Shown here: positions 1 through 9,168 of the stretch, in pieces | Numbering within the stretch: the first letter of the stretch is position 1 | Layout: every line of letters begins with the position of its first letter | The notes under the pieces: model-generated | Told to the model about the DNA's origin: nothing | Database searches by the model: none | What the model saw: only the letters and a program-made list of their open reading frames with translations | DNA from: a virus | IMG/VR virus record: IMGVR_UViG_3300045988_166882 | Length of the DNA stretch: 64,000 nt | Direction: 5' to 3' (one strand) | Program-made: the position numbers and the translations under genes

Positions 1-83
1 ACAGGACAACAACTGGTTCGGTCAAAATAACGTACACACAAACACTTCGTTTAACGTGGAATAATCCACATACAAAAAAAAAA

Positions 84-710
84 ATGGCTGATGTTTCAAA
101 AAGCTACGTGATTTGTAGCCCCGGAAGCGGTTCGGGTGACACCACTCTGAACCTGAACGCCAAGGTCGCTAACCTTGGCAACCGTCTCAACCAGACGGAC
201 AACTTCACGATCACTGCCCCCGGCGTGACGCCCAACAAGGCTTTCGCCGCTATCCTTCAGGCCGCGGCCGAGTTCGTCTCGTGGGACGACGGTGCCGAGG
301 CTTCGGTCCCCAAAGCAGGCGGCTCAGTAGTACTGGACGGTATGTCCAACGCTGACACGCTGACGTTCTCGAAAGGCGCAGGAGCGATCATCGCTGCTGA
401 TATTTCGGCTATCTCGTACAAAGCTAATGCCGCTGCCGCTACGTCGGGCACGGCCATTCCCGGCGACCCCGGCGCAACGAAGAAGTACGCCTTCGAGTTG
501 ACACTGACCGCCGCGGCGAATACCACCATCTCGGAGCGTACCCAGCAGATCACCGTCACAACCAAGGGTTCGAAGACTGCTACCATCACGCTCAAGCAGG
601 CTGCTGGTGATCCTTACCTGGACATCGACAAGACCTCGGTGAACGTTCCTCAGGACGGCTCCGCGGTTACGCTTCAGGTTACGACCAATACCACGTTCAC
701 GGTATCGTAA
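84..710 (+). CDS. Ig-like/BACON-type repeat virion surface protein (fibre or decoration protein)
   Basis: 208-aa ORF rich in T/S/A/G with beta-strand periodicity. Segments such as TATITLKQAAGDPYLDIDKTSVNVPQDGSAVTLQVTTNTTFTV resemble BACON/Big-type domains. An 11-nt A-run runs into the ATG. Confidence 0.55.
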   Translation: MADVSKSYVICSPGSGSGDTTLNLNAKVANLGNRLNQTDNFTITAPGVTPNKAFAAILQAAAEFVSWDDGAEASVPKAGGSVVLDGMSNADTLTFSKGAGAIIAADISAISYKANAAAATSGTAIPGDPGATKKYAFELTLTAAANTTISERTQQITVTTKGSKTATITLKQAAGDPYLDIDKTSVNVPQDGSAVTLQVTTNTTFTVS

Positions 711-727
711 TTTCCATCCACTGCAAT

Positions 728-756
728 CCCGGAGGCGGGGGTGACCTCCCTCCGGG
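728..756 (+). other. G+C-rich intergenic hairpin (CCCGGAGG / CCTCCGGG)
   Basis: 8-bp perfect arms at 728-735 and 749-756 between two structural ORFs. No T-run follows, so the function is unclear. Confidence 0.3.
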
Positions 757-771
757 AACAATTAAACTTGT

Positions 772-1080
772 ATGGCTATTCAGAAAACAACAATTGCTTG
801 GGGCGACGGTTCGGGTGACAATTTCTATGTGTCGTTCGACCCCGCCAAGTTACCCGGAACAACGTCGGTCGAGGTGACGTCGGACTTCAACTACACTGGC
901 AAGCAGCGCGAGAAGACCGTAACCTTCACAACCAACGCGCCGGGTATTCCTACTGCTTCACAAGACTCACGGCAGTTGAAGGTCATACAACTTACCGACA
1001 ATCTTGTTATTGCGGTATGGGATACGGCTCAGACCGTGGCTACGTACAATGACGTCAAAGCCGGATTCCCCAAGAATTAG
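772..1080 (+). CDS. small BACON-like domain protein
   Basis: 102 aa. IAWGDGSGDNFYVSFDP...TSVEVTSDFNYTGKQREKTVTFTT resembles the BACON beta-sandwich pattern. Confidence 0.5.
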   Translation: MAIQKTTIAWGDGSGDNFYVSFDPAKLPGTTSVEVTSDFNYTGKQREKTVTFTTNAPGIPTASQDSRQLKVIQLTDNLVIAVWDTAQTVATYNDVKAGFPKN

Positions 1081-1116
1081 AAACCTTTTTATTCACAATT
1101 TAACAACATCAAAATT

Positions 1117-1425
1117 ATGACTAACGCAGAGAAAATTCAGGCCCTCATCGCCAAGATTCGCGAGAGCCTCTCGATCACTCCCTACGCCACGATGGAGACG
1201 GTCAACGATCTGCTCACGATCGTCGATCTGAAACTGGCTGACGCCGGACAGGGCGGTGGTGGCGCTACCACGGTCAACTGGGACGACGTTCAGGGCAAGC
1301 CCAACATGGAGGAGTACGCCAAGAAGACCGACCTCCTGCAGACCATCACCCTCACGGGTACGGCTCAGGGTAGCGGAACGGTTGAGGGTAACGCCTGCAC
1401 CATCAACACCACGGCTGGCGCCTAA
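1117..1425 (+). CDS. hypothetical structural-module protein
   Basis: 102-aa ORF with an N-terminal helical region and a G/T-rich C-terminus. It sits in the structural block. Confidence 0.5.
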   Translation: MTNAEKIQALIAKIRESLSITPYATMETVNDLLTIVDLKLADAGQGGGGATTVNWDDVQGKPNMEEYAKKTDLLQTITLTGTAQGSGTVEGNACTINTTAGA

Positions 1426-1436
1426 ACACGTGAGGT

Positions 1437-1871
1437 ATGTGGATTATCTTCAACAAGTACATTCCCGTCGGAAAGTTCTGGATGATGACCCTGTGGTTCA
1501 TGATCTTCGTTCGCGAAGACAAGCACGGGCGTGAAGTCCCGGAGCGTGTCAAACGCCACGAGCGTCGTCACTGGCATCAGGTTCTTCAGATCATGATCAC
1601 TTCCTTTGCGTTGTTCCTTACAACGTGGCTCATCTACGACTACAACCCTTGGTGGTGGTTACTTTGGGTGACGTCGTATTATGCCGTGTACGTGGCGTGC
1701 TGGTTGATCGAAATCTTCTTGCCTCCGTACAATATGGCGTACAAGAACATCTGCTTCGAAACCGAGTGCCAGTATACGCAGGATGACCCTGATTATTCGC
1801 GTCACTTCTGGAATCACTGGTTTGGGTGGTTTAAGTACATTTCTAACAAGAAATATCCCCCCAAACGATAG
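1437..1871 (+). CDS. membrane protein with HExxH motif (possible minimal Zn-metallopeptidase)
   Basis: 144 aa. HERRH (HExxH) lies directly after a hydrophobic segment, followed by two W/Y/L-rich TM-like segments. Confidence 0.45.
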   Translation: MWIIFNKYIPVGKFWMMTLWFMIFVREDKHGREVPERVKRHERRHWHQVLQIMITSFALFLTTWLIYDYNPWWWLLWVTSYYAVYVACWLIEIFLPPYNMAYKNICFETECQYTQDDPDYSRHFWNHWFGWFKYISNKKYPPKR

Positions 1872-1889
1872 TAGACGTTCGTCGAAGAG

Positions 1890-1917
1890 GAGGCCCGGTT
1901 TAACGCCGGGCCTTTTC
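1890..1917 (+). terminator. rho-independent terminator
   Basis: GGCCCGG (1892-1898) pairs with CCGGGCC (1906-1912), followed by TTTT. Confidence 0.75.
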
Positions 1918-2217
1918 GCGTTTGAAGGCCGAAATTCTCATTGGCAGCGAGTTTTCTTATACGAACCTATACACGTACCTCGGTGCGGCGCGTAACGACG
2001 CATAATGGCCTACAACGTTTATGCTGTTACCAAAGCGTGCAACGGTGTTGGGGATGAACAGGGGTAAACCACTTCAACGACACGCGACCCATACAGCAAG
2101 ACGCCACATTGGCAGTAGGGGGAAAGGGGGTAAACCTCCTTCGCTATGTCCCCCACCAGCAAGTGTATGTGTGGCGTGTGCGTGAGAACGCGATTGTGAA
2201 ACAAAATTGTTGATAAA

Positions 2218-2583
2218 ATGACTGTAACTGAATGGAGATTTAAGACATGCGTGTTGGCGCGTGATGAATGGCGAAGAGACCCTAACGCATACAACGGGAT
2301 GTGTTCGTTGTTTCGATTCATAATCACCCGTACCGGTAGCGCCAACACCGATGACCATAACTTCAACGAGGCGTTGGAAAAACATTTACACACCAATGCT
2401 TTGATTGGCGGCGAATTGACGTTGCGCCGCTTTATCCCAGAATTCGTCCGGCCTCGTGATGCCAACCGAGAAGCGGGGTTTTGGTGGCCTATCGCCGAGA
2501 AGAACCGCCGCCTGGAGTTTCTGGAGTACCTTGTACAGTATTACGCTTACAAAATCGACAAAGAAAATGAGAAAGAGCAATAA
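2218..2583 (+). CDS. hypothetical protein
   Basis: 121-aa ORF; first gene after a 300-nt non-coding region. Confidence 0.55.
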   Translation: MTVTEWRFKTCVLARDEWRRDPNAYNGMCSLFRFIITRTGSANTDDHNFNEALEKHLHTNALIGGELTLRRFIPEFVRPRDANREAGFWWPIAEKNRRLEFLEYLVQYYAYKIDKENEKEQ

Positions 2584-2590
2584 GGTCCAT

Positions 2591-2752
2591 ATGGTGACCA
2601 TCGAGTTGGAACAGATCATCGAGATTCGCGTCGTTGGCTCCAAGGATAACAACGAAGCGCGCCGCCGGGCTTACCAGCGGTTGAAGCGCCAATCGGCGTT
2701 GAAATACGTCGTTCGTAAGAATACGGATGTCACGGGGTATGAAATATACTAA
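2591..2752 (+). CDS. hypothetical small protein
   Basis: ATG at 2591 within the 2456-2752 frame, just after the upstream stop. Product starts MVTIELEQIIEIRVVG... Confidence 0.4.
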   Translation: MVTIELEQIIEIRVVGSKDNNEARRRAYQRLKRQSALKYVVRKNTDVTGYEIY

Positions 2753-2763
2753 ATGTTACAGAT

Positions 2764-3096
2764 ATGAACGGAATTGAAAATATTGCAGGGCTGTTGCTGT
2801 TGGCGATAGTCGTTGCGTGGTTGGTGTTTGTGTTTATCTTCGTGGCTGAATCTGCCGCCAATAAGGGGCGTTCTACTACCGGGTGGTGCGTACTGAGTTT
2901 GTTCGTTTCGCCAGTGGTGGTGCTGATCTTGCTTCACTTGCTTGGCGAAACGCGCGAGTTCTACCGCGAACGGCTGACGCAGGAAGAGTTGATGCGGTTG
3001 GAGTTACACCGTAAGATCGCCAAGGCGGCTGATCCCGACGAAGAAATAGAGGAACTGATACGGGCGTCTGTGGCACGTTGTAAAAACTTATGCTGA
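2764..3096 (+). CDS. two-TM membrane protein
   Basis: 110 aa. Two hydrophobic helices (LLLLAIVVAWLVFVFIFV; VLSLFVSPVVVLILLHLL) followed by a charged helical tail. Confidence 0.6.
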   Translation: MNGIENIAGLLLLAIVVAWLVFVFIFVAESAANKGRSTTGWCVLSLFVSPVVVLILLHLLGETREFYRERLTQEELMRLELHRKIAKAADPDEEIEELIRASVARCKNLC

Positions 3097-3097
3097 T

Positions 3098-3457
3098 ATG
3101 GTATTCCGCAGAACGAAGACCAGCGTCACGGCTTGGAGCGTGATTCGTGAGTATATGTCCAAGTGCACGTATGGCAGTTTGGTGACTCAGAAGGCTATAC
3201 GCAACATCTTGGAGGAACGCGCCGAAAATTACCGCAAGTACGGTTCGTTGACGACGATGAACGCCTACTTCAATCTGATGGCTGGAGCGGGCTACATCCG
3301 CCACTCGCCTCAGCACGGTATTTGGGTTGTTGTTAAACCCCTTCCGGCCGATCTGACATCGTCAAAGTTAAAGATTCAGTACCAGAACCGCTCCCAGCGG
3401 CGAGGCTATGCATATGGCAGCATACAGGATAGAAATAGTTCGCGTAAACTTTTTTGA
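3098..3457 (+). CDS. hypothetical protein
   Basis: 119-aa ORF starting 2 nt after the upstream stop. Confidence 0.55.
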   Translation: MVFRRTKTSVTAWSVIREYMSKCTYGSLVTQKAIRNILEERAENYRKYGSLTTMNAYFNLMAGAGYIRHSPQHGIWVVVKPLPADLTSSKLKIQYQNRSQRRGYAYGSIQDRNSSRKLF

Positions 3458-4928
3458 GTACTCCTTTTCGGGGAGTGATAGCTTGGGTAAGCGTATTGTG
3501 GCGAAATCGCTCACGTACAACAACCCAAGCCCTTTTGCGTATTCCGACCAAATTCAGATGTTCGACCGCCGGGCGTTCACGTTTAAGGTCGGGATGCTAC
3601 CTACGTTGTTGAAGAAACTGACGTCCGCCGGGCGCGAGTATCGGTTGACGGACTACGACTTCAAGTTGCCGCGGTCGGTGAAGATAGACGAACGGCTGAA
3701 GGGTAAGTACATCCACCAGCGCAAGGCCGTTGAGGCGTTCTTCCGGCGGCGCATAGGTATCATTGTGGTTCCTACGCGCGGCGGTAAGACGTTCATCGCT
3801 GGTGAATGTATACGCATCTTCCTTCAAACCGAAGGTGTTACGCGCAAGGCCCTGTTCTTGGTGGATAGCAAAACGCTCTTCCAACAGGCCATCGACGACT
3901 TCAAGCGGTATTTCGAGCCGTATGGCGGCATCGAAATTGGTGAAATACGCGCCGGGCGTATCGACACCGAAAAGCGCGTCACGGTGGGGATGATACAAAC
4001 CATCCAGTCTACGTTGTCCAAGCGGTGTAAGGAAACCGGCAAGAAGAACCAGTTGAAGAATTTCCTGAAGACCTTGCGGTTTTTGATCGTTGACGAAGTA
4101 CACGATAACGCATCATCCTCCAAGTTGAGGATATACCGAACTTGTAAGAACCTCACGCATCAGCTGAGCCTTTCGGCCACGCCGTATCGCGCCGAAGCGT
4201 TCGTTGAGAACTTACACTTAAAGGCTTGGAGCGGTGATGTTGTTTATCGTATCAAGGAAGAAACGCTGCGTGAACGCGGCGTGTTGACCGAGTACAAGGT
4301 CTTCCTGCTGGCCTTGGAACAGGACTCTCGCGCCGTAAGGGCCGCTACCTACGCGGCGTATCAAAAGGCGTTGATATTCAACTCTAAAATTCGCGACACT
4401 ATCGTCGTTAAGGTCATCGAAATGTGCCGTCAACGCGGTTTCAAGACATTGGTGATGTTCCAAAGCGTCGATCATGGGCGCCACATTGCAGAACTCACCG
4501 GGTGTACCTTCATCCACGGTGACACCGATAACGAAACCCGCGAGTCGGTGAAGACCGAGTTCTTGGAGCGTACCGACGGCGGCGTATTGATGGCGTCGAA
4601 TATCTTCAAGAAAGGTGTCACGCTGCCAGAGGTTGAGATATTGTTCAACGTCGATGGCGGCTTGGAGAACGCCAACACCATCCAGCGCAAGGGACGTGTT
4701 TTGGGTGCTACGGCTGCTAAAAAGCGTTCGGCCATTATCGACTTCATGGATATTGACGATGCGTACTTTTCGGAGCACTCATCGACACGGTTAAATACGT
4801 ATGTTAAATCGGTCGGCGAAGACGGTATTGGAATACTGGACACGGCGGTCGATGATTGGTTAAAAACGTTAGAACGATGGCTGACGATTTGGTTATCCGT
4901 AAACCTTCACTCTACCGATACGCCGTGA
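3408..4928 (+). CDS. UvsW-like superfamily-2 DNA helicase
   Basis: Motif I VVPTRGGKTF, motif II DEVH, motif III SAT, motif VI QRKGRVLG. The N-terminal domain arrangement resembles T4 UvsW. Start uncertain (3408 or 3414). Confidence 0.75.
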   Translation: MHMAAYRIEIVRVNFFEYSFSGSDSLGKRIVAKSLTYNNPSPFAYSDQIQMFDRRAFTFKVGMLPTLLKKLTSAGREYRLTDYDFKLPRSVKIDERLKGKYIHQRKAVEAFFRRRIGIIVVPTRGGKTFIAGECIRIFLQTEGVTRKALFLVDSKTLFQQAIDDFKRYFEPYGGIEIGEIRAGRIDTEKRVTVGMIQTIQSTLSKRCKETGKKNQLKNFLKTLRFLIVDEVHDNASSSKLRIYRTCKNLTHQLSLSATPYRAEAFVENLHLKAWSGDVVYRIKEETLRERGVLTEYKVFLLALEQDSRAVRAATYAAYQKALIFNSKIRDTIVVKVIEMCRQRGFKTLVMFQSVDHGRHIAELTGCTFIHGDTDNETRESVKTEFLERTDGGVLMASNIFKKGVTLPEVEILFNVDGGLENANTIQRKGRVLGATAAKKRSAIIDFMDIDDAYFSEHSSTRLNTYVKSVGEDGIGILDTAVDDWLKTLERWLTIWLSVNLHSTDTP

Positions 4929-5485
4929 GGCTGTTGGTGGACGTGTTGTACCAGATGGGCTGCGACATGCGTCAAACGTTCCGGGTGAACGATACCGACA
5001 TCCATACGTGGAACCACTTTGTAGAACGCTACCCCTCGGCCAGCGAGGACTTCGTACGGCGTTTCATCCTGTTTCAATTACAATGTCGTTACGGCGACCG
5101 GGCGCGTGTTAGTCGTAAGACGCTGAGCCGGACACGCCTGACGTGGATGGTGAGTAAAGCCGCTATTAAGTCGTGGGAGAAGGTATATCCCACGTCAGCC
5201 ACGCGCTTCACGGCTGGAGGTTTGAAAAGCCGTTTTGACGTTTCTACGCTCAAGAACGAAACCGAGTTACCAGCGTTATTAGTGAGGCTTATCGATCGCG
5301 AAGAAAAGGCTAAAGCAGCCTTCTACGGCGTGAATAAGGGGTTCGCGTGGTGTATCGTTAACACTACGCTGTATCACCACCGCAGTCCGTGGTGCGCGAC
5401 GTGTAAGTTCAAAATACCGTGTAAAAAATTATTAGGTACTAACTACCCACTTGTGTTCAAAATACGGGGATATGTTGAAAGATAG
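4877..5485 (+). CDS. hypothetical protein
   Basis: The track ORF starts at a TTG (4856); the first ATG is at 4877. Cys-rich C-terminus (CATCKFKIPC). Confidence 0.5.
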   Translation: MADDLVIRKPSLYRYAVRLLVDVLYQMGCDMRQTFRVNDTDIHTWNHFVERYPSASEDFVRRFILFQLQCRYGDRARVSRKTLSRTRLTWMVSKAAIKSWEKVYPTSATRFTAGGLKSRFDVSTLKNETELPALLVRLIDREEKAKAAFYGVNKGFAWCIVNTTLYHHRSPWCATCKFKIPCKKLLGTNYPLVFKIRGYVER

Positions 5486-6887
5486 ACTATCGTCAAGCCT
5501 CATCACCGAGTTGCTTTCGGCGGCCATGCGTAAGCGCTCGGTGTTTGATATACTGAAACAATATTTGCGCTTTTCGTACCTTCAAGTCGAAGCCGAGAAG
5601 AAGGTTTGGAAACTGATGACCGAACGCCATTCGAAGACCGGACGCGTCCCGACGGTTGGTCAGTTGCAGCAGGCGTTCCTCGACGACGAAGGGGTTTTGG
5701 AGTTGATCGAGAACATACGCGACGTTGACGTGACGGATGAAGATGTACCGTCGCTCATAACGTCACTGGAGGCGTACATCCGCCAAATGAAGTTCTTGGA
5801 CGCCAACGACCGCATCGCCGACGCCTACAACTTAGGCGACAAGGAAAAGGCGTATAATATCCTAATCACTTCGGCTGAAGAAATCTCCCACTTCACTATC
5901 CAGAACGCCAAGTACGACCGCGTGTTCAGCGACTTCAACCGTCGTCAGTTGGAACGCCGTTCTAACGACTGGAATTATCGCTTCCGTATCCCGACGTGTA
6001 TCGACGAACTGGACTATCGGCTGGGTGGTGCAAACGGCGGCCCCGAAACAGGCGAAGCATGGCTGTGGATGGGTATTTCCGGCGCAGGTAAGTCGCAGGC
6101 GCTGGTTCACTTGGGTATCGCCGCCTCACGGCAGGGCTATCGCGTGGTTCACTTCCAGTTGGAGGGTACGCGCGAACAGGCCATGGCCCGCTACGACTCA
6201 GCGTGGCTTGGCGGTATCTATCAGGACGTGAAGGTAGGTAACATATCAGACAACAAACTGAAGATGGCGCAGCGCGTTGTAGCCAAACTCGGCAAGACCG
6301 ATATCATCGTCGTGGCGGTGGAAAGTTTCGGCGGTATGACCGTTACCCAGATGCGTCAAGAGTTGCAGGACATTGAACGCGCCTACGGTAAGGTAGACAT
6401 GATCCTTTGGGACTACCTCGAATTGGCCGAACTTGGCGACGGTCATAGCTATTCGATGAACGAGGAACGCTTCCGCCAGATGAAACTGGCCCAGCAGGCC
6501 AAGATGATGGCCATGGAGTTCAACGCCGTGGTTCATGTCGCTACGCAGGCTAACGGCATACCGCCGGAGTTACAAAACGACCCTGACTTTGTGATCACGC
6601 GCTACAACCTTTCCGAGGCTAAAGGCAAGGTGAACCCGATGGACGGTTTTGTGACGATGAATTTCACGTCCGACGAGCGCAAGGAAGAAATCATGCGGTT
6701 GTACCTCGATAAGGCCCGTGAACACAAGGCTGGCGATATCATCCGTATTTGTAACAACATGACCTATTCGCGTTTTTATGACCGTAAGCGCACGTTGGAA
6801 ATGCCGTGGGAGGATATCATTGAAGAGCAACACGCCGTGAAGTCGAAGCGCGGGCGGCGTAACACCTCGATGGACGATGACGAATAA
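5472..6887 (+). CDS. DnaB-like replicative helicase
   Basis: Walker A GISGAGKSQ, Walker B-like ILWDYLEL and a RecA-fold C-terminal domain pattern. First ATG at 5472 (the track start at 5451 is TTG). Confidence 0.75.
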   Translation: MLKDRLSSSLITELLSAAMRKRSVFDILKQYLRFSYLQVEAEKKVWKLMTERHSKTGRVPTVGQLQQAFLDDEGVLELIENIRDVDVTDEDVPSLITSLEAYIRQMKFLDANDRIADAYNLGDKEKAYNILITSAEEISHFTIQNAKYDRVFSDFNRRQLERRSNDWNYRFRIPTCIDELDYRLGGANGGPETGEAWLWMGISGAGKSQALVHLGIAASRQGYRVVHFQLEGTREQAMARYDSAWLGGIYQDVKVGNISDNKLKMAQRVVAKLGKTDIIVVAVESFGGMTVTQMRQELQDIERAYGKVDMILWDYLELAELGDGHSYSMNEERFRQMKLAQQAKMMAMEFNAVVHVATQANGIPPELQNDPDFVITRYNLSEAKGKVNPMDGFVTMNFTSDERKEEIMRLYLDKAREHKAGDIIRICNNMTYSRFYDRKRTLEMPWEDIIEEQHAVKSKRGRRNTSMDDDE

Positions 6888-6932
6888 TCTTTACTGAAGA
6901 ATGAACAATTATAACCGTATAAAACTGGTAAC

Positions 6933-7688
6933 ATGTACGGTATAATTTACAAAACTACGAACCTCGTCAACGGCAAGATTTACATCGGTCAACACGTTTG
7001 TGAATCTGACGAATTCGACGGGTATTTAGGCAGCGGGAGTGAAATATTAAAGGCTATTGATGAATTTGGTAAAGAAAATTTTAAGCGCGAAACGCTTAAG
7101 ATTTGTAACAATCAAATTCAGTTGAATGGCTGGGAATGTTACTTTATTTTGAAATTTAATGCCACTGACGAAAGTTGCGGATATAACTTGTTGAAAAGTT
7201 GTAGATTCAAACACGGTGCGCCGAGTAAACATCCTATTGTCAGGGCAAAGATATCTGCTTCAAGGATGGGAAAATTAAATCCAATATATAAACACGTTTT
7301 CACTGAAGAGGAACGCCAACGCGCTCGAGAACGGCGGCTTGGCGTTAAGATGAGTGAAGAATCTCGCCGAAAACTATCTGAAGCGAGGAAAGGTATGAAA
7401 TTTACTGAACAACATCGCCTTAATATACGGAAAGCGACTTTGGGAGATAAGAATCCTAATTTTGGAAAGCGAGGCGCGGAAACGGCTTTTTACGGACATC
7501 ACCACAGTGAAGAATTCAAAAAACGTCATTCAAAGAGAATGAGTGGTGAAGGAAATCCATCGTTTGGTAAATTTTGGATAACTAACGGCGTCGATGACGT
7601 TCTCATAAAACGCGGTTCGGATATTCCAGATGGATGGCGTAAAGGTAGGAGCAAGAATAACCGTATTTATGTCAAGAAGAGTAGGTAA
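6933..7688 (+). CDS. GIY-YIG homing endonuclease (copy 1), free-standing between helicase and primase
   Basis: GIIYKTTNLVNGKIYIGQH (GIY...YIG) plus repeated NUMOD3-like GxxNPxxG(K) motifs. A+T-rich compared with its flanks. Confidence 0.85.
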   Translation: MYGIIYKTTNLVNGKIYIGQHVCESDEFDGYLGSGSEILKAIDEFGKENFKRETLKICNNQIQLNGWECYFILKFNATDESCGYNLLKSCRFKHGAPSKHPIVRAKISASRMGKLNPIYKHVFTEEERQRARERRLGVKMSEESRRKLSEARKGMKFTEQHRLNIRKATLGDKNPNFGKRGAETAFYGHHHSEEFKKRHSKRMSGEGNPSFGKFWITNGVDDVLIKRGSDIPDGWRKGRSKNNRIYVKKSR

Positions 7689-7710
7689 TATTGATTGGCG
7701 TGAGGTCTTG

Positions 7711-8625
7711 ATGAATCCAGTTTTTGGAAAGCGAGACCAAATAATATGTGATTGCCTGTTTTGCGGGAAATCAAAACATATGTACGTCAATAAGAATACA
7801 GGCGCCTGGGATTGTAAAAAATGTGGCAATAGTGGTGGAATATATAAATTACTTGCAGCTGTTGATAAACTGTACCTGTTAGAAGGCGCCACCATCGAAC
7901 AACGCGAGGTAATACCCAAAATCCGCGATTTGACGACGGCTGCCGCTGAAGACGTTAAACTGGAAGCCCTACCGGCGCGGAAGATGCCAGTAGGCTACAA
8001 AGTCTGCCTACACGATGCCTACCTCGAACGTGACCGCGGGCTGACTCCGGCGGTGATGAAACGGTACGGACTGGGGCGCACTCACCTCATGAAGCGGTAC
8101 GCCGACTACATATTGATACCCGTTACTACCGACGGAGTCATCACGGCTTTTCAGGGCCGCTACGCTTCCAAAAAGGTTCCGCCCGACGCCCTACGCTGGC
8201 GAAACGATACCGGGGCTGACTTCGCCAAGATGCTGTATGGCTACGACGACATCCAGCACCCCGGCGCCACGGTGATACTGGTTGAGGGCGTTTTTGATAA
8301 GATAGCCGTCGACCGACGGCTGCGGTTGGACGAATGTGATGACGTGAAGTGCTGCGCCACGTTTGGCAAGAAGATAAGCGACTACCAACGCGCCATGTTA
8401 CAACGCCGCGGAGTCCGTTCAGTGGTGTTGTTATACGATTTTGACGCCATCAAGGAGATCAAAAAGTACGCCTTCGAATTGGACAAGTACTTTTCTACAA
8501 ATATAGTTTTCACAACCAAGAAGGATATTGACGAGTGCAACGAAGCCGAGACGCTGGAAGTCTTCGAACGCTTACAGCGCCCCCGCGATTTTGCTTGGAA
8601 CGTAATTGGAAAACTAAAACGGTAG
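7711..8625 (+). CDS. DnaG/TOPRIM-type DNA primase
   Basis: Zn ribbon CLFCGKS...CKKCGNSG and TOPRIM motifs VILVEGVFD and LLYDFD. ATG at 7711 follows the HEG stop. Confidence 0.8.
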   Translation: MNPVFGKRDQIICDCLFCGKSKHMYVNKNTGAWDCKKCGNSGGIYKLLAAVDKLYLLEGATIEQREVIPKIRDLTTAAAEDVKLEALPARKMPVGYKVCLHDAYLERDRGLTPAVMKRYGLGRTHLMKRYADYILIPVTTDGVITAFQGRYASKKVPPDALRWRNDTGADFAKMLYGYDDIQHPGATVILVEGVFDKIAVDRRLRLDECDDVKCCATFGKKISDYQRAMLQRRGVRSVVLLYDFDAIKEIKKYAFELDKYFSTNIVFTTKKDIDECNEAETLEVFERLQRPRDFAWNVIGKLKR

Positions 8626-8629
8626 AACC

Positions 8630-9061
8630 ATGAATAACAATTCACGGAGCCTCTCGGTGGCAGAATATTTCCACGTCATACAGCGTGAATATCTCATGGC
8701 CGAGTTCCGGCGCAAGATATATTTCTCCCCCAAGGACAAGCGGTATTTCTCCCGCGTTATGGAGTTTAAGCGCGAGAAGATCGAAGACATCGCCAAGCGT
8801 AACCAGCTGATGTCGATCTTCACGTCGCCGGACAAAATGCGCGACTTGCGTGCTGAGTTGTTCGATCCGCTTAACCGCCCGTTGTTCGCGATGGGTCCTA
8901 AGGACGTGGCGAACTACTACTCCATCAACAGCGATTTTTCATACCGCGGTGAGGTTTGGAAACTGGATGCCGTGAAAGACGATTGCGTAACGCTTTACAA
9001 CGAGCACTCGCAGGTGTATGCCGATAACGTTCCCAAGGCCGAAGTGATACGGGTGTTGTAA
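8630..9061 (+). CDS. hypothetical protein
   Basis: 143-aa ORF. Confidence 0.55.
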   Translation: MNNNSRSLSVAEYFHVIQREYLMAEFRRKIYFSPKDKRYFSRVMEFKREKIEDIAKRNQLMSIFTSPDKMRDLRAELFDPLNRPLFAMGPKDVANYYSINSDFSYRGEVWKLDAVKDDCVTLYNEHSQVYADNVPKAEVIRVL

Positions 9062-9086
9062 AAAATTTTGAAAATTTCTTGGAAAG

Positions 9087-9120
9087 TTCTTTGTACATTG
9101 GAAATTTTCACCTACCTTCG
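9087..9120 (+). promoter_or_regulatory. Bacteroidota sigma-A-type promoter, cassette copy P1
   Basis: TTCTTTG (-33 TTTG at 9090-9093), a 19-nt spacer, then TACCTTCG (9113-9120). One of five conserved cassettes. Confidence 0.6.
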
Positions 9121-9168
9121 TGCTGTGGATGTATGGAAAAGCGTCCAAAATCGTAAAACTAAATCGGC

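Noticed and set aside
2019-2465. 148-aa and 103-aa antisense ORFs spanning the 1.9-2.2 kb spacer
   Set aside because: They cross a non-coding region and the start of a + strand gene, and their composition is implausible (R/S/H/C-rich). The region is better read as regulatory.
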